Positions 47,752 through 62,354 of a stretch of 64,000 nt of DNA are shown in pieces. A program made the translations under genes and the position numbers. The DNA is from the human T2T-CHM13v2.0 reference genome, Homo sapiens. Position 1 is the first letter of the stretch. The number at the start of each line of letters is the position of its first letter. Under the pieces are notes generated by a model, which was not told where the DNA came from, ran no database searches, and was given only the letters and a program-made list of their open reading frames with translations. The DNA lies in the NCBI RefSeq assembly GCF_009914755.1, contig NC_060930.1. The stretch is one strand, 5' to 3'.

Positions 47752-50700
47752 ACAATTTGTAGCAATTGTGAATGGGAGTTCACTCATGATTTGGCTCTCT
47801 GTTTTTCTGTTATTGGTGTATAGGAATGCTTGTGATTTTTGCCATTGATTTTGTATCCTGAGATTTTGCTGAAGTTGCTTATCAGCTTAAGAAGTTTTTG
47901 GGCTGAGGCGATGGGGTTTTCTAAATACACTATCATGTCATCTACAAACAGAGACCATTTGACTTTCTCTCTTCCTATATGAATACCCTTTATTTCTTTC
48001 TCTTGCCTAATTGCCCTGGTCAGAACTTCCAATACTATGTTGAATAGGAGTGGTAAGAGAGGGCATCCTTGTCTTGTGCTGGTTTTCAAAGGGAATGCTT
48101 CCAGCTTTTGCCCATTCAGTATGATATTGGCTGTGGGTTTGTCATAAATAGCTCTTATTATTTTGAGATATGTACCAACAATACCTAGTTTATTGAGTGT
48201 TTTTAGCATGAACAGGTGTTGAATTTTATCGATGGCCTTTTCTACATCTATTGAGATAATCATGTGGTTTTTGTCATTAGTTCTGTTTATGTGATAGATT
48301 ACATTTATTGATTTGCATATTTTGAACCAACCTTGCATCCCAGGGATGAAGCCGACTTGATCATGGTGGATAAGCTTTTTGATGTGCTGCTGGATTCAGT
48401 TTGCCAGTATTTTGTTGAGGATTTTCACGTTGATGTTCATCAGGGATATTGGCCTGAAATTTTCCTTTTTTTGTTGTGTCTCTGCAGGGTTTTGGTATCA
48501 GGATGATGCTGGCCTCATAAAATGAATTAGGGAGGATTCTCCTTTTTCTATTGATTGGAATAGTTTCAGAAGGAATGGTACTAGCACCTCTTTGTATCTC
48601 TGGTAGAATTCAGCTGTGAATCCGTCTCGACTTGGGCATTTTTTGGTTGGTAGGCTATTAATTACTGCATCAACTTCAGAACTTGTTATTGGTTTATTCA
48701 GGGATTCGATTTCTTCCTGGTTTCGTCTTGGGAGGGTGTATGTGTCCAGGAATTTATCCATTTCTTCTAGATTTTCTAGTTTATTTGTGTAGAGGTGTTT
48801 ATGGTATTCTCTGATGGTAGTTTGTATTTCTGTGGTATCAGTGGTGATAGCCCCTTTATCATTCTTTATTGTGTCTATTTGATTCCCCTCTCTTTCCTTC
48901 TTTATTAGTCTGGCTAGTGATCTATCTATTTTGTTAATCTTTTCAGAAAACCAGCTCCTAGATTCACTGATTTTTTGAAGGGTTTTTTTTGTTTCTCTAT
49001 CTTCTTCAGTTCTGCTCTGAACTTAGTTATTTCTTGTCTTCTGCTAGCTTTTGAATTTGTTTGCTCTTGCCTCTCTAGATCTTTTAATTGTGATATTAGG
49101 GTGTCGATTTTAGATCTTTCCCCCTTTCTTATGTGGGCATTTAGTGCTATAAATTTCCCTCTAAATACTCCTTTAGCTGTGTCCCAGAGATTCTGGCATG
49201 TTGTGTCTTTGTTCTCATTGGTTTCAAAGAACTTATTTATTTCTGCCTTAATTTTGCTATTTACCCAGTAGTTATGCAGGAGCAGATTGTTCAGTTTCCA
49301 TGCAGTTGTGTGGTTTTGAGTGAGTTTCTTAATCCTAGGTTCTAATTTGATTGCACTGTGGTCTGAGAGACTGTTTGTTATGATTTCCGTTCTCTTGCAT
49401 TTGGTGAGGAGTGTTTTACTTCCGATTATGTGGTCAATTTTAGAATAAGTGTGATGTGGTGCTGAGAAGAATGTATATTCTGTTGATATGGGGTGGAGAG
49501 TTCTGCAGATGTTCATTAGGTCTGCTTGGTCCAGAGCTGAGTTCAAGTCCTGGATAACCTTGTTAATTTTCTGTCTCGTTGATCTGTCTAATATTGACAG
49601 TGGGGTGTTAAAGTCTCCCACTATTATTGTGCGGGAGTCTAAGTCTCTTTGTAGATCTCTAAGAACATTCTTTATGAATCTGGGTGCTCCTGTATTGGGT
49701 ACATATATATTGAGAATAGTTAGCTCTTCTCTTTGTATTGATCCCTTTACCATTATGTAATGCCCTTCTTTGCCTTTTTTGATCTTTGTTGGTTTAAAAT
49801 CTGTTTTACCAAAGACTAGGATTGCAACCTCTGCTTTATTTTGCTTTCCATTTGCTGGTAATATTCCTCCATCCCTTTATTTTGAGCCTGGGTGTGTCTT
49901 TGTACATGAGATGGGTCTCCTGAATATAGTATACCGATGGGTCTTGACTCTTTCTCCAATTTGCCAGTCTGTGTCTTTTAATTGGGGCATTTAGCCCACT
50001 TACATTTAAAGTTAATGTTACGTGTGAATTTGATCCTGTCATCATGATGCTAGCTGGTTATTTTGCACATCAGTTGATGCAGTTTCTTCATAGTGTCATT
50101 GGTCTTTATATTTTGGTATGTTTTTGCAGTGACTGGTACTGCTCCTTCCTTTCCATATTTAGTGCTTCCTTCAGGAGCTCTTGTAAGGCAGGCCTAGTGG
50201 TGACAAAATCCCTCAGCATTTTCTTCTCCGTAAAGGATTTTATTTCTCCTTCACTTATGAAGCTTAGTTTGGCTGGATCTGAAATTCTGGGTTGAAAATT
50301 CTTTTCTCTAAGAACGTTGAATATTAGTCCCCACTCTCTTCTGGTTTGTAGGGTTTCTGCAGAGAGATTCACTGTTAGTCTGATGGGCTTCCCTTTGTGG
50401 GTAATCAGACCTTTCTGGGTGCCCTGAACATTTTTTTCGTCATTTCAACTCTGGATCTGATGATTATGTGTCTTAGGGTTGCTCTTCTTGAGGAGTATCT
50501 TTGTGGTGTTCTCTGTATTTCCTGAATTTGAATGTTGGCCTGTCTTGCTAGGTTAGGGAAGTTCTCCTGGATAATATCCTGAAGTGTATTTTCCAACTTG
50601 GCTCCATTCTCCTCATCGCTTTCAGGTACCCCAATCAATCGTAGGTTTGGTCTTTTCACATAGTCCCATATTTCTTGGAGGATTTGTTTGTTCCTTTTCA

Positions 50701-52046
50701 TTCTTTTTTCTCTAATCTTGTCTTCATGCTTTATTTCATTAAGTTGATATTCAATCTCTGATATCCTTTCTTCTGCTTGATTGATTTGGCTATTGATACT
50801 TGTGTATGCTTCACGAAGTTCTCGTGCTGTGTTTTTCAGCTCCATCAGGTCATTTATATTCTTCTCTAAACTGGTCATTCTAGTTAGCAGTTCCTGTAAC
50901 CTTTTATCAAGGTTTTTAGCTTCCTTGCGTGGGGTTAGAACATGCTCCTTAAGCTTGGAGGAGTTTGTTATTACCCACCTTCTGAAGCCTACTTCTTTCA
51001 ATTCGTCAAACTCATCCTTCATCCAGTTTTGTTCCCTTGCTGGAGAGGAGTTGTGATCCTTTGGAGGAGAAGAGGCATTCTGGTTTTTGGAATTTTCAGC
51101 ATTTTTGCACTGGTTTTTCCTCATCTTTGTGGATTTACTTACCTTTGATCCTTGATGCTGATGACCTTTGGATGGGGTTTTTGCATGGGTGTCCTTTTTG
51201 TTGATGTTGATGTTACTGCCTTCTGTTTGTTAGTTTTCCTTCTAACAGTCAGGCCCCTCTTCTGTGGGTCTGCCGGAGTTTACTGGAGGTCCACTCCAGA
51301 CCCTGTTTGCCTGGGTATCACCAGTGGAGGCTGCAGAACAGCAAAGATTGCTGCCTGTTCCTTTCTCTGGAAGCTTTGTCCCAGAGGGGCACCCACCAGA
51401 TGCCAGCCAGAGCTCTCCTATATGAGATGTCTGTCGACCCCTGCTGGGAGGTGTCTCTCCATTAGGAAGCACAGGGGTCAGGGACCCACTCGAGGAGGCA
51501 GTCTGTCCCTTAGCAGTGCTCTAGTACTGTGCTGGGAGATCTGCTGCTGTCTTCAGAGCTGGCAGGCAGGAATATTTAAGTCTGCTGAAGCTGTGCCCAT
51601 AGCCACCCCTCCTCCCTTGTGTTCTGTCCCAGGGAGACAGGAGTTTTATGCATAAGCTCCTGACTGGGGCTGCTGCCTTTCTTTCAGAGATGCCCTGTCC
51701 AGAGAGGAGGAATCTAGAGAGGCAGTCTGGCTACAGTGGCTTTACACTGCAGTGCATTCTGCCTAGTTTGAACTTCCAGGCAGCTTTGTTTACACTGTGA
51801 GGGGAAAACCGCCTACTCAAGCCTTAGTAATGGTGGGTGCCCCTCACCACACCAACCTTGAGCAACCCAGGTCGACTTCAGACTTCTGGGCTGGCAGTGA
51901 GAATTTCAAGCCAGTGGATATTAGCTTGCTGGGTCCATGAGGGGTGGGACCTGCTGAGCAAGACGACTTGGCTTCCTGGCTTCAGCCCCCTTTCCAGGGG
52001 AGTGAATGTTTCTGTCTCGCTGGAGTTTCAGGTGCCAGTGGGGTAC

Positions 52047-52085
52047 AAAACAACAACAACAACAGCAACAACAACAATAAAAAAA
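52047..52085 (+). repeat. (AAC)n microsatellite within the L1 5'UTR
   Basis: Directly visible. Confidence 0.9.
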
Positions 52086-52494
52086 CTCCTGCAGCTAGCT
52101 CAGTGTCTGCCCAAATACCTGCCCAGTTTTATGTTTGAAACCCAGGGCCCTGGTGGTATAGGCACCCGAGGGAATCTTCTGCTCTGTGGGTTGCAAATCC
52201 ATGGGAAAAATGTAGTATCTGGGCCAGATAGCATTGTCCCTCAGGGCACTGTCCCTCATGGCTTCCCTTGGCTAGGGGAGGGAGTTTCCCAACCCCTTGC
52301 ACTTCCCGGTTGAGGCAATGCCCCAACATGCTTCTGCTCACCCTCCGTAGGCTGTACCCACTGTCTAACCAATCCCAATGAGATGAACCGGATACCTCTC
52401 TTGGAAATGCAGAGATCACCCACCTTCTGTGTTGGTCTCGCTGGGAGCTACAGACCATAGCTCTTCCTATTTGGCCATCTTGCCAGATCCTCCC

Positions 52495-53622
52495 AATTTA
52501 GCATAATTTTTAAAAGCCCTAGGGTTCCTGGACTGGCAAATAAGCATTGGCTTCCACTTAAAGTTCAGCAGCGCGTTAACCCATAACAAGAGGGTCAGCT
52601 TGTCCTTTGAAGTTTCAAAGCCAAGCATTGACTTCTCTAGCTACAAAAGTCCGAGATGGCATATGCTTGCAATAGAAGGCTGTTTTGTCTACATTGAAAA
52701 TCTGTTGTTTAGCATAGCCATCTTCATTAGTGATCTTAGCTAGATCTTCTGAATAAACTTGCTGCAGTTTCTATATAAGCACTTACTGCTTCACCTTGCA
52801 CTTTTATGTTATGGAGACAGCTTCTTTCCATAAACCTCATGAACCAACATCTGTTAGTGTCTAACTTTTCTTCTGCTCTTCCTCACCTCTCTCAGCCTTC
52901 ATAGAATTGAAGAGAATTAGGCCCTGCTCTTTATTAGGTTTTGAAATGGAATGTTGTGGCTGGTTTGACCTTCTATCCAAACTACTACAACTTCCTCCGT
53001 ATTAGCAATAAGGCTTTCACTTTCTTTTAATTTGCGTGTTCACTGAAGTAGCACTTTCAGTGTCATTCAGGAACTTTTCCATTGCATTTACAACTTGGTT
53101 AACTGGTGCAAGAGGCCTAGCTTTCAGCCTATCTCAACTTTTGACATAGCTTCCCCACTAAGCTTAATCATTTTTGGCTTTTGATTTAAAGTGAAGGAAT
53201 CTTCCTTTTGCTTAAACACTTAAAGGCTATTGTAGGGTTATTAGTTGATTTAATTTCAATTTGTTGTGTCTCAGGTAACAGAAAGAGGAGGAGAGACAGT
53301 GGAATGAATGGCTGGGGTGGTGGAGGAATCAGAACACACCTAACATTTATGGGTTAAGTATACCGTCTTACATGGGCACAGTTTGTGGTGCCTCAAAACA
53401 ACTACAATAGCAACATCAAAGATCACTGATTACAGATCATCATAACAGATATAATAATAATGAAAAAGTTTGAAATACTGTGAAAATTACTAAAAATGTG
53501 ACACAGACAAAATATGCAGATATTGTTGGAAAATGGTGACGCAGCGTTGCCATACACCTTCAATTTGTAAAAAATAAAACAAAAACAATATCTGTGAAGC
53601 ACAATAAAATGAGCTTTGCCTG
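52495..53622 (-). mobile_element. Tigger1 DNA transposon, 5' half only
   Basis: 'caatagaaggctgttttgtctacattgaaaatctgttgtttag' encodes transposase [14 protein letters not shown] on the minus strand; TIR ...gagctttgcctg followed by TA at 53623; second TIR absent. Confidence 0.88.
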
Positions 53623-56600
53623 TATACATAATAACAAGAGCTTTATAGATGATCTACAAAATTGTTTGAAATACCAAGTTATCAAAAGAAGAATTGATAG
53701 CTACATGGGATGAGAACTAACATTTACCGAGGTCTTTTTATATGTTATTACATTTTTCCTAGCAACATTTGTGCAAGGTAGGTGATTAATGATGAATTTT
53801 GGAGAAAGAAACTAAAGCTACAAAAGATGATGCAACTTGTTCAAGATTTGAATTTAGATCTGTCATTTGGGTTAGCTCCAGAGTGACAAATGCAGATGTT
53901 ACCTCCCTTACTTGACGTTGATTTCCATGAAACTGTGTATGCCTCATGCCTGTTAACTCATAATATCTATAGCTAAAAGGATAAAAGTAAAACCTTAGGA
54001 GAATGGTGTTGAAGCACTTCACTTTTCAGAGCTTTAGGAGTCCTTAGAGTTGCCTCAGAAACCATCTTAACCAGCAAAAGAAGAGCTGAGCTGATGCGGC
54101 TCTAAATCACTACCCTCACCTTAACCAGAGAAACTTCATTTTGTCTTTTTATGTATTGGAATTTATGCTTATATTTTATTTGGAGGAAGGATTTCACTCC
54201 TACAAAAAGTTTAAAAAATAGATACTAGGATTACCAACAGGCAAACAACTTTCCTGAAAATTTTCAATGGACGATTCAACTATTGTAGAAAAAAAAACCT
54301 TTTTTTTGAAACCCAGTAATTTGCTATGGCAAGAAACAAATATTTCTTGAAAATATGCATGCCATATTCTGTCAGTTGATCATAACTTTTTGTTATAATC
54401 AATGAGAGATGATCTTGTTACATGGGAGGAGATACATTTTTGAAAAACTAAGACCAAGCACCTACTGGACCCAAAGACTGGTACATGAGAACCTCTGTGA
54501 AATGCAAATGTGATCCTTCAGTTGTTGTCAAAGTACTGGCTAGAAAAATGGTTAATGGTGAAAATCGGCAATAGCAGAAAAACAGGATACTGATGAAAAT
54601 GCAGTGCATGGTGTTGCTGCTCAAATAACACTTCTTGACTACAGTGGCTTTATCTACATGCATGGATGAATTAGAGAGGGAAATAAGACTAAGCTTCATT
54701 TCTCTGTGCAGTCTAGCAAGGTCTTCTCAACTGAGATTTCAAAAACATGTTGGAAGAAAGCTTACTATACTTTTATCCATTAACTCTGAAATATTAGTTA
54801 AAAACATTATATTCCGAAAATATTACATTTAGCAAATCAGCCATTTGAGTGTTTCACTTTGCCAGATTTTCTGAGCTTTGGTGACCCATCTTTGTACGTT
54901 AAATAGGAAAAAAAAGAATGATATATTTTAAGGCAGATTTTTGCTTCACTAAAAGCTAAAATGATTAACTTGCGAACAAAGACCAAGTTGGACAAGAGCC
55001 TTTTTAATTTTGGAAATTTTTGTGGGAAGGCCTGGAAATAAAAAGTGACAAGTGAATGAGTTGGAAATTACAACAATAATTACACAACTTTGAACTTACC
55101 ATCATAAATTGTAGATACTTGTTAGAATGCATACTGCAGTTTCAGCAAAGCAATGCTAATGGGGGTAATAAATCTTAAAGTGAAGCACGCAAGTATTTAA
55201 AACAAGCATTAGACTAACCAAAGAAAATATTTTAAATGAGCAATGCTAAATGAATCAAGTCCTTTCCAGGTAGCAGGAGTCTCCTGGATCTCATGGTCTG
55301 GAGTATACCAAATGGTTTTTACATGTGCTGATGTCCTATTTGTGAGTATTAGTAATGGAGCAAAAAATAATAATGAGATAAAACATTAAGGAGTAATAAA
55401 AGCTCTAATACTACTTGGGCCAATGAGAAAAGGTAGAAAATTAGTAGGAAGTTTTGAAATGGAACAATAAAAGAGAAAGGAATTATAAGATACCTGGATC
55501 TTTCTTACAAATTCATCCACACAAAAGTGGACTTTTTTTTCCTGCGACCAGTTACAGAATTAAATTTAAAAGTTTAAAAACATATAATGGCATCATCACT
55601 AAGTATTAAAAATAAATATAAATAAACCTATAGTGTGCATATTATGTATAAATTCTTGGGCCAATGAACAATAATGAAATAATTGGTATATATAATGCTG
55701 TCATTCATTCCTTCAGAAAGAGATGTTCTTCTGTGGTTCTCTATATTGATCCCTAACCATAAGGGAAGTAGAGCAATTGTTTTGAGAACATTAAGGTAGA
55801 ACAAAAAGTAAAGTCTGCATAAGTTTTCTGCACCATTTTACAGATGTAAACAGCGCATTATTATTTAGTTTGTATTTCTCATTTTCCTTTCTCACCAGTA
55901 CAATGGAATGGCTAGTTTAAACCATTTAAGCCATTTCAGCTATTTCCTCCATGGTATATGTTTGTGATGAGAAATCTGGCCTAGTTCAATAAGAAGGTTT
56001 ACAAAGTTGGCAGACTCAGATGCTGTCTGTAAAGGGTGTGTTTAAGGGGGGGTGTCAAGTAGGGGCAGTGTGTATGTATTGGTGGAATTTACAATGCTGA
56101 AAATTTTAGAAAAAAGGGGAAATGCCTTTGCTAACTCAATCATCTTCTGCTGACAGTAGCCTAGCCTTGGGGAAAAGGAGTGCATTTATGTGATTCTTTT
56201 CTCTAGTAACCTTCAAGGTGATTCAAACGTGAATTTTCCTCTTTTACTTGACAGAATGCAATGAGCCAGATTTCCCCTTTCTCTTTGGAGGACTTGCTGT
56301 TCCCAGAGCTGATGAATCTATGCAAAGCAGCCCCACAGAACAGCAAAAGGCCATCCCAGAGCTTCTCACACAGAGTCTCATTTTCAAATGCCAAAAAAGG
56401 AGAGCAGATGGTCTATCTGTACTTTGCATTTTCTTCCTCCTATAGGGGAAGTGTTCAGAGCCCAGTTCTAACATTCTGATTCTCTGTATTTCTACACATC
56501 AGCAAATAGTAAAGTGCATTTTAATGCCATGACTGTGACTGAGCTCATTAGAATGCTTCCTCTGTCTCTAGAGCCTTTATCTCCAGCTCAACCTATATAT

Positions 56601-57494
56601 GTCATAGAGCCTCAAATGTTATAGCGCTGAATAAATACATGTTGGATTAATAAATGAGTCTCTCAAACACCATAACCACACACAGGTTAACTGTGCAAAG
56701 ATCAGCTAGGTTGCTAATCTGGTTCAGGCTCTCCCAGGACAGGTGGATCTGAACCTTTTCTCTCTGAAATACACGAAGTAGGAAGGGTCATTTTCCTTCA
56801 TATGCATGTGATACAGGGAACTAAATACACAGGAGCAATGGGGAAGGTTTACCAGAGGGGAAGGCTGTTTAAAAGCACTGTGATAGCCCCTTTGGCTATT
56901 GTGAATTCATCAGAGCTAACAAGTCAGATAGGATGTGCTCAATAAGTATTTGTTGTTGATTAATGACTTGTTGATTACAGAAAATGAGCAAGGGTTTCTA
57001 GTCAGTCTGTTTACACATTGTATTGATTTCCTCCTAAGCCTTTAATACTTGCCAAGTTAATTTTCAGGGGAACAGCAAGCAAGTCACTGATGCTCTGGGG
57101 GTTGGCAAATAAATACAAAAAGTTAACAGAGTTCTCCTAAGCAGTATCTTGATGTTCAGTGTTGACCTGCAAGGGAGAGGACTAGAGAGGACACTAGCAA
57201 AGCACAAGCAAATCTGTTTTCCCCTGAAGCTGGACTGTCGTCTGCAAGGCTCTTGCCATGTGTCATGTCCAAAAACCCAAATGGCTTTTGCTAGGGAATA
57301 CTATGCAAGTGATGTCATGAGCTCATCTTGAGTCAAATTAACAAGTGATTATATGAAGCTGTGATTTTGCAAAGTGAAACTCACTAAGCAGTGCTACCAT
57401 TGATCATTTTCTTTTCCCATGGGGATATGCAAATTGAAACAACAATTATTTTTGAAAGGTACATTCTTTAAAGAGCTTCTCAATGAAAAATTTA

Positions 57495-57859
57495 CAGTAG
57501 TCCTTTGCCTTCTCTGTGGCTTTCCTTTCCAAAGTTCAGTTACCTGCAGTCAACTGCAGTCCAAAAATAATAAATGAAAAAGTCTAGAAATAAACAATTC
57601 ATATGTTTTCAATTATGCCCCATTATGAGTAGTGTGATGAAATCTCTCACCATCCCACTCCGTTCTAGGCAGGACATGAACCACTCCTTTGTCTAGTGTA
57701 TCCATGCTGCATACACTATCCACCAGTTAGTCACTTGGGAACCCCCTTGCTTATTAGATTGAAAACACATAGCATGTATAGGGTTCGGTACCATCTGAGG
57801 CTTCAGGCATCCACTGAGGCTCTTGGAACATATCCCCTCAGATAAAGGGGCACTTGTTG
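57495..57859. mobile_element. MER44A-like (Tigger7-derived) MITE
   Basis: TA-flanked cagtagtcc...cacttgttg; 'gtatagggttcggtaccatctgaggcttcaggcatccactg'. Confidence 0.85.
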
Positions 57860-59282
57860 TATTCATAAAGTTGCAGTTTTCACATTAATGTCATAGCATT
57901 TCACATTTGTTCCTATTAATGTATTGAGTATTTAAATGAAAATGAAAGAATGGTTTAAGACCTAGAGTCCCAAATTTTGTTGTACAAAGATTCTGTGTTA
58001 AGTGTCAACAGTTCCCTCTGCTGCCACATGATGTAATCAGTGATATTTTTGTTACTCCATGAATGAATTCAGAGATGCTTTTAATTATTAGTATCTAGTT
58101 AATCACAGCATAAATTCATTATATGTGAAGCTAACACCGCATAAAGATAATGCTTGACTTTATAGGGAAGTGCATTGTGGACTATTCACAATCACTTGCT
58201 TGCCTGCTGGATTTTGTGGCCACAGCTAGAGACACATTAATCTAGAGCATGAACCAACCTGTGTAAGATAGATCTCATCAGTGTTTCAGGAGGCCATTAG
58301 ACTGCCTTCTGTAGGAGAAACAAAGGAAATGGTCTCTCTGGATAAGCCTCCTTGCAGAATGCTGTATGTGTACACAGTGGGGGCAGAATAAGACCACAGG
58401 CACTCTGTGTGGGCATCTGAAGGCATCAGTCATGGAGTTTTCACCTCATCCATCATTGACAGTTTGCTACCCTTACCAAAAAAAAAGCCACATAAACCTC
58501 TGTCCATTTACATCAATCCAAATACTTTTGGGGTTCAATTCATATTTTGGATAGGTTGATTGGAAACATTCTTCACAATAATAACTTAAAGAACATATTA
58601 TATATATGTTTATTTTTATAAAGATTTTTGGAATTGTTCTAGCCTGTTAGGTGAGAGTAATTAAATTTTATAAGTTATGTATATGATAACAAAACAAATA
58701 TGGAATGAACAAACTTATAATCTGTTACTTTTTTCATAGATTTAGAACAGATATTATGCTAAAATTATGAAACACAAAGGTAAAATTTCTCTATTGATAC
58801 TGACAAAAAGAATCTATTAAGAGAAATATGAAAATGTAGAATCTCACTGATGCATTGTGGAAATGTCTGATAGCTGATAGCTGGACATGTGCCCTTTTGT
58901 CCATTAGAGATCCAAAATCTTTAGCTTGCCAGCAGAATAATAAATAAGAACGTTTTGCATTCCAGATTCAATTCGTTACAATAAGTTTTATACATTTATA
59001 TAAGTTTCCATGAATAGGAAAAATATGAGAGAATTTAAGAAACAGAGAATGTGATTTATGATAAGTAAAATGTAGAGTTGAAAAACATATCCAACAAATC
59101 TAAGAAATATAAACTTCAATACAGTTACATTGGCTCAATTATCATGAAGGTGAAAGCATTTATTAAACTATCAGCCTCAGAAATTGAAGACTAAACAGAA
59201 CTACAATATATAATCTTGCCAGTTAATCTTTTTTTACTATGGCCATTGTCTTCAATCATGACCTTAATGTCTTCAATAATAA

Positions 59283-59772
<490 letters not shown>

Positions 59773-62354
59773 TAAGTTCATACAACACTACATTTTATAT
59801 ACAGTAAAACTCCAAATGTACATTATCTTTGCGTTTATTTGGTTTGAGTTTGAGTTATAAGAAATTTAGAACATAAATACAACCAAGAATCATTGAACAA
59901 AAAGCTATTTTCTTATTTCTACACTTTTTTCTCATTTTAAGTACTTTGTATTAACTTTATATGCATTCTGATGTATTATTACACTAGAATATAATACCTG
60001 AAAGTGGTGGAAAGATTCTAGCTCTTCAGGTATGATTGCAAAATACAAGTAAGTTATGAACTTAGTTACAAGAGATTTTATACCCAAGTAACGTTGTATT
60101 TTAAATTAATTCACTGAGAATTTAACTTGCTCTCTCAAGATATACTTATTAAATTTCTACCATAGTCTATGCATATCATAGATGGAAATATAACTAAGTC
60201 TACACCCTAAGGAGCTCAGGTCTAGTAGATGAAATAAATACCTCAAGATAGCAAAACATAGAAAGATAAGTTCTGACATACATGTACAAAGTGTAACAGA
60301 AGCAATGAAGATGAAACAATTATCAGTGCCAAGAGTTCAGAGATGGGATGTCTGAACAAAATAATGAATGAAGAATTTTCCTAACATGAAATAAGCTGGA
60401 GGATGGGGTGGAAGCAGGAGGTAGTAGTAGAAGTGGAGATATTCTAAGCAGAGAGCAACATTCTGAAATTATGTGTAAAGATTTCAAGGGAAAGTGCACA
60501 ATTCTGTCAATTTCAAGACTCAATTGATGGTCTCTCCCAGATCTTAAATTCTATTTCACATCTATTCATAAAAACATAAAAATTAACTTGAAAGCAGAAA
60601 ATGTATTAATTTTCATGGAAAATTTTCTGAAAAATGTTAGTCCATCCATAGAAAGAACATTTTAAAAACCAAACGTTTAAATACCTGCCAACTCACCAAA
60701 GTCCAAGACTCAAGCTGATCTTATAACATGTAAGATCATGCTAAAAATCTCATTTTTATTTCCCTCCATGCTATCTTAATGGGCAATGCCCTGACCTACA
60801 CCAGCATACCAGTGATTACCTATTTTCATACTGACAAATTCTCCACAAGTGCTCAGAGTCCCAACAGGGGCTAAGATATTAGGAAATGTTCATATCCACA
60901 AAGGGATCAGAAATTCTTTTAAAACAAAAAGTGAATCACTTTAGGGACAGAGTGAGGTAGCTAAGGGAATTTTTCCAGCAGTGTGAAACATAATTGCTAG
61001 CTAGAAAGTTGCGCTTGAACTAACAATACCCAATCCTCCTGGAAAGGAACTGAAATCTCACATTCAGTATTAGTGAAATTAAATGCAAACTGGCTGAATC
61101 ATGAGAAAATGTAGACAGAGGAATGAACACAAGAATGGTCTTATGGTCTTCCTAGTCCTTAAAATGCCTCAGAGTCACTATGGAGCCACTCAAGACTTTG
61201 AAGTGTTGTGGGCATAGAACCTTAATAACCTTATTACAACAGGATTGGTTCCTCTTGGTCAACAGTGGTGGAGAGTGGATTCTTCTGGAGGATCATAATG
61301 TAAGCTATATTTCCAGGAGAACCAGGAAGTAATCCCACTTCCCTATGACCTCCATAGGACAGAACTTCTGATTTATCAAGGTGGCAGGCCACTGTTGCTC
61401 CCCTTTCTGTCCATCACTGTGGCCTCAGGCACAGTGGTTCTGCTCCATGCCCACCTGAGCACTACGTCTTCAATCTTCTTCAAATAGAGCAACTGCTTCT
61501 ACTGAGATGGCTTCTTCAATCTTCCTCTACAGTGCCAGAGAACCAATCCTGACATTGTTTTGTCTTTCATTTTTCTTAATCTTGGGAAGGTGATGAGGTG
61601 CTGAGACGCAAATAAACTAAAAACAGTCCAAAAATTGGACACAGACCAGAGAGAAGACAGAGCTTTAAAATATATAGAATAGTGATAGAAAGGAAGAAAA
61701 ATAAAATTTATTCCATAGTAAAGTCTTGACTAAATCTTGATTAAAATTGTAATCCTTAATTGATCAAATTCACTTTTAAAAACTGCTTTTAAATAGGCAA
61801 ATCATAACGTTTAGCAAATCACAAGAAGAGTTTTAGAATGCTGCATTATTATCAATTTAAGGGTATGTACTTGAGCAAAATAAATTTATCTTACATTTCT
61901 ACATTTTCTTTATCTTCTTTTACAGTTACAGCGAGAGACTTATTTGCAATTCAGAACACTGAGTAATAAAATATGTATTCATCAAAGAAAAATCATTAAT
62001 ATTCAGTACTATTGTGTTTATGAATATGTGGTACCACATTTCAACATCAGTGGTTAAAATTTGTAACAAAAATGCATCATTTCCCCAGGATTCCAAAGAG
62101 TTACAGTTTCACTATATGTAAAGCTTGTCAAGGACACATTTAGAAGAATGCATTCTAACCCATTTTTAAGAAATAATTCAGCAATGTGATATCTATTATT
62201 ATTAGAATTACATCCCTACCTCTGCCTTAGAGCTTCTATTTTTCAGTCAGTCTTACTAGGCAAAGTCAAGATGATGTTTATGGTTTCAGGTTACAGAGAG
62301 TTTGGATTCTAAAAATCTCATTTATAAAAGGTTGTTCCCATTATAAATGGATCC

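Larger units (their letters stand above)
47312..52493 (-). mobile_element. LINE-1, about L1PA7/L1PA8; 5' end intact, 3' ~1.5 kb missing; interrupted by a NUMT
   Basis: ORF1 begins MRKNQCKNAENSKNQNASSPPKDHNSSPAREQNW at 51124; ~1.37-kb 5'UTR; ORF2 homology stops at ...KVIYRFNA (47312) with no 3'UTR or poly(A). Confidence 0.93.

Noticed and set aside
54288-54307. A9-CC-T8 hairpin; likewise the 8-bp inverted repeat near 60716-60738
   Set aside because: Expected by chance in AT-rich DNA.
56203-56479. Four overlapping ORFs and an acceptor near 56254
   Set aside because: No recognisable domain, no convincing donor, and lengths within chance.
57420-57450. ATGCAAAT next to AACAAT as an OCT-SOX composite element
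   Set aside because: Order and spacing do not match the canonical composite element.
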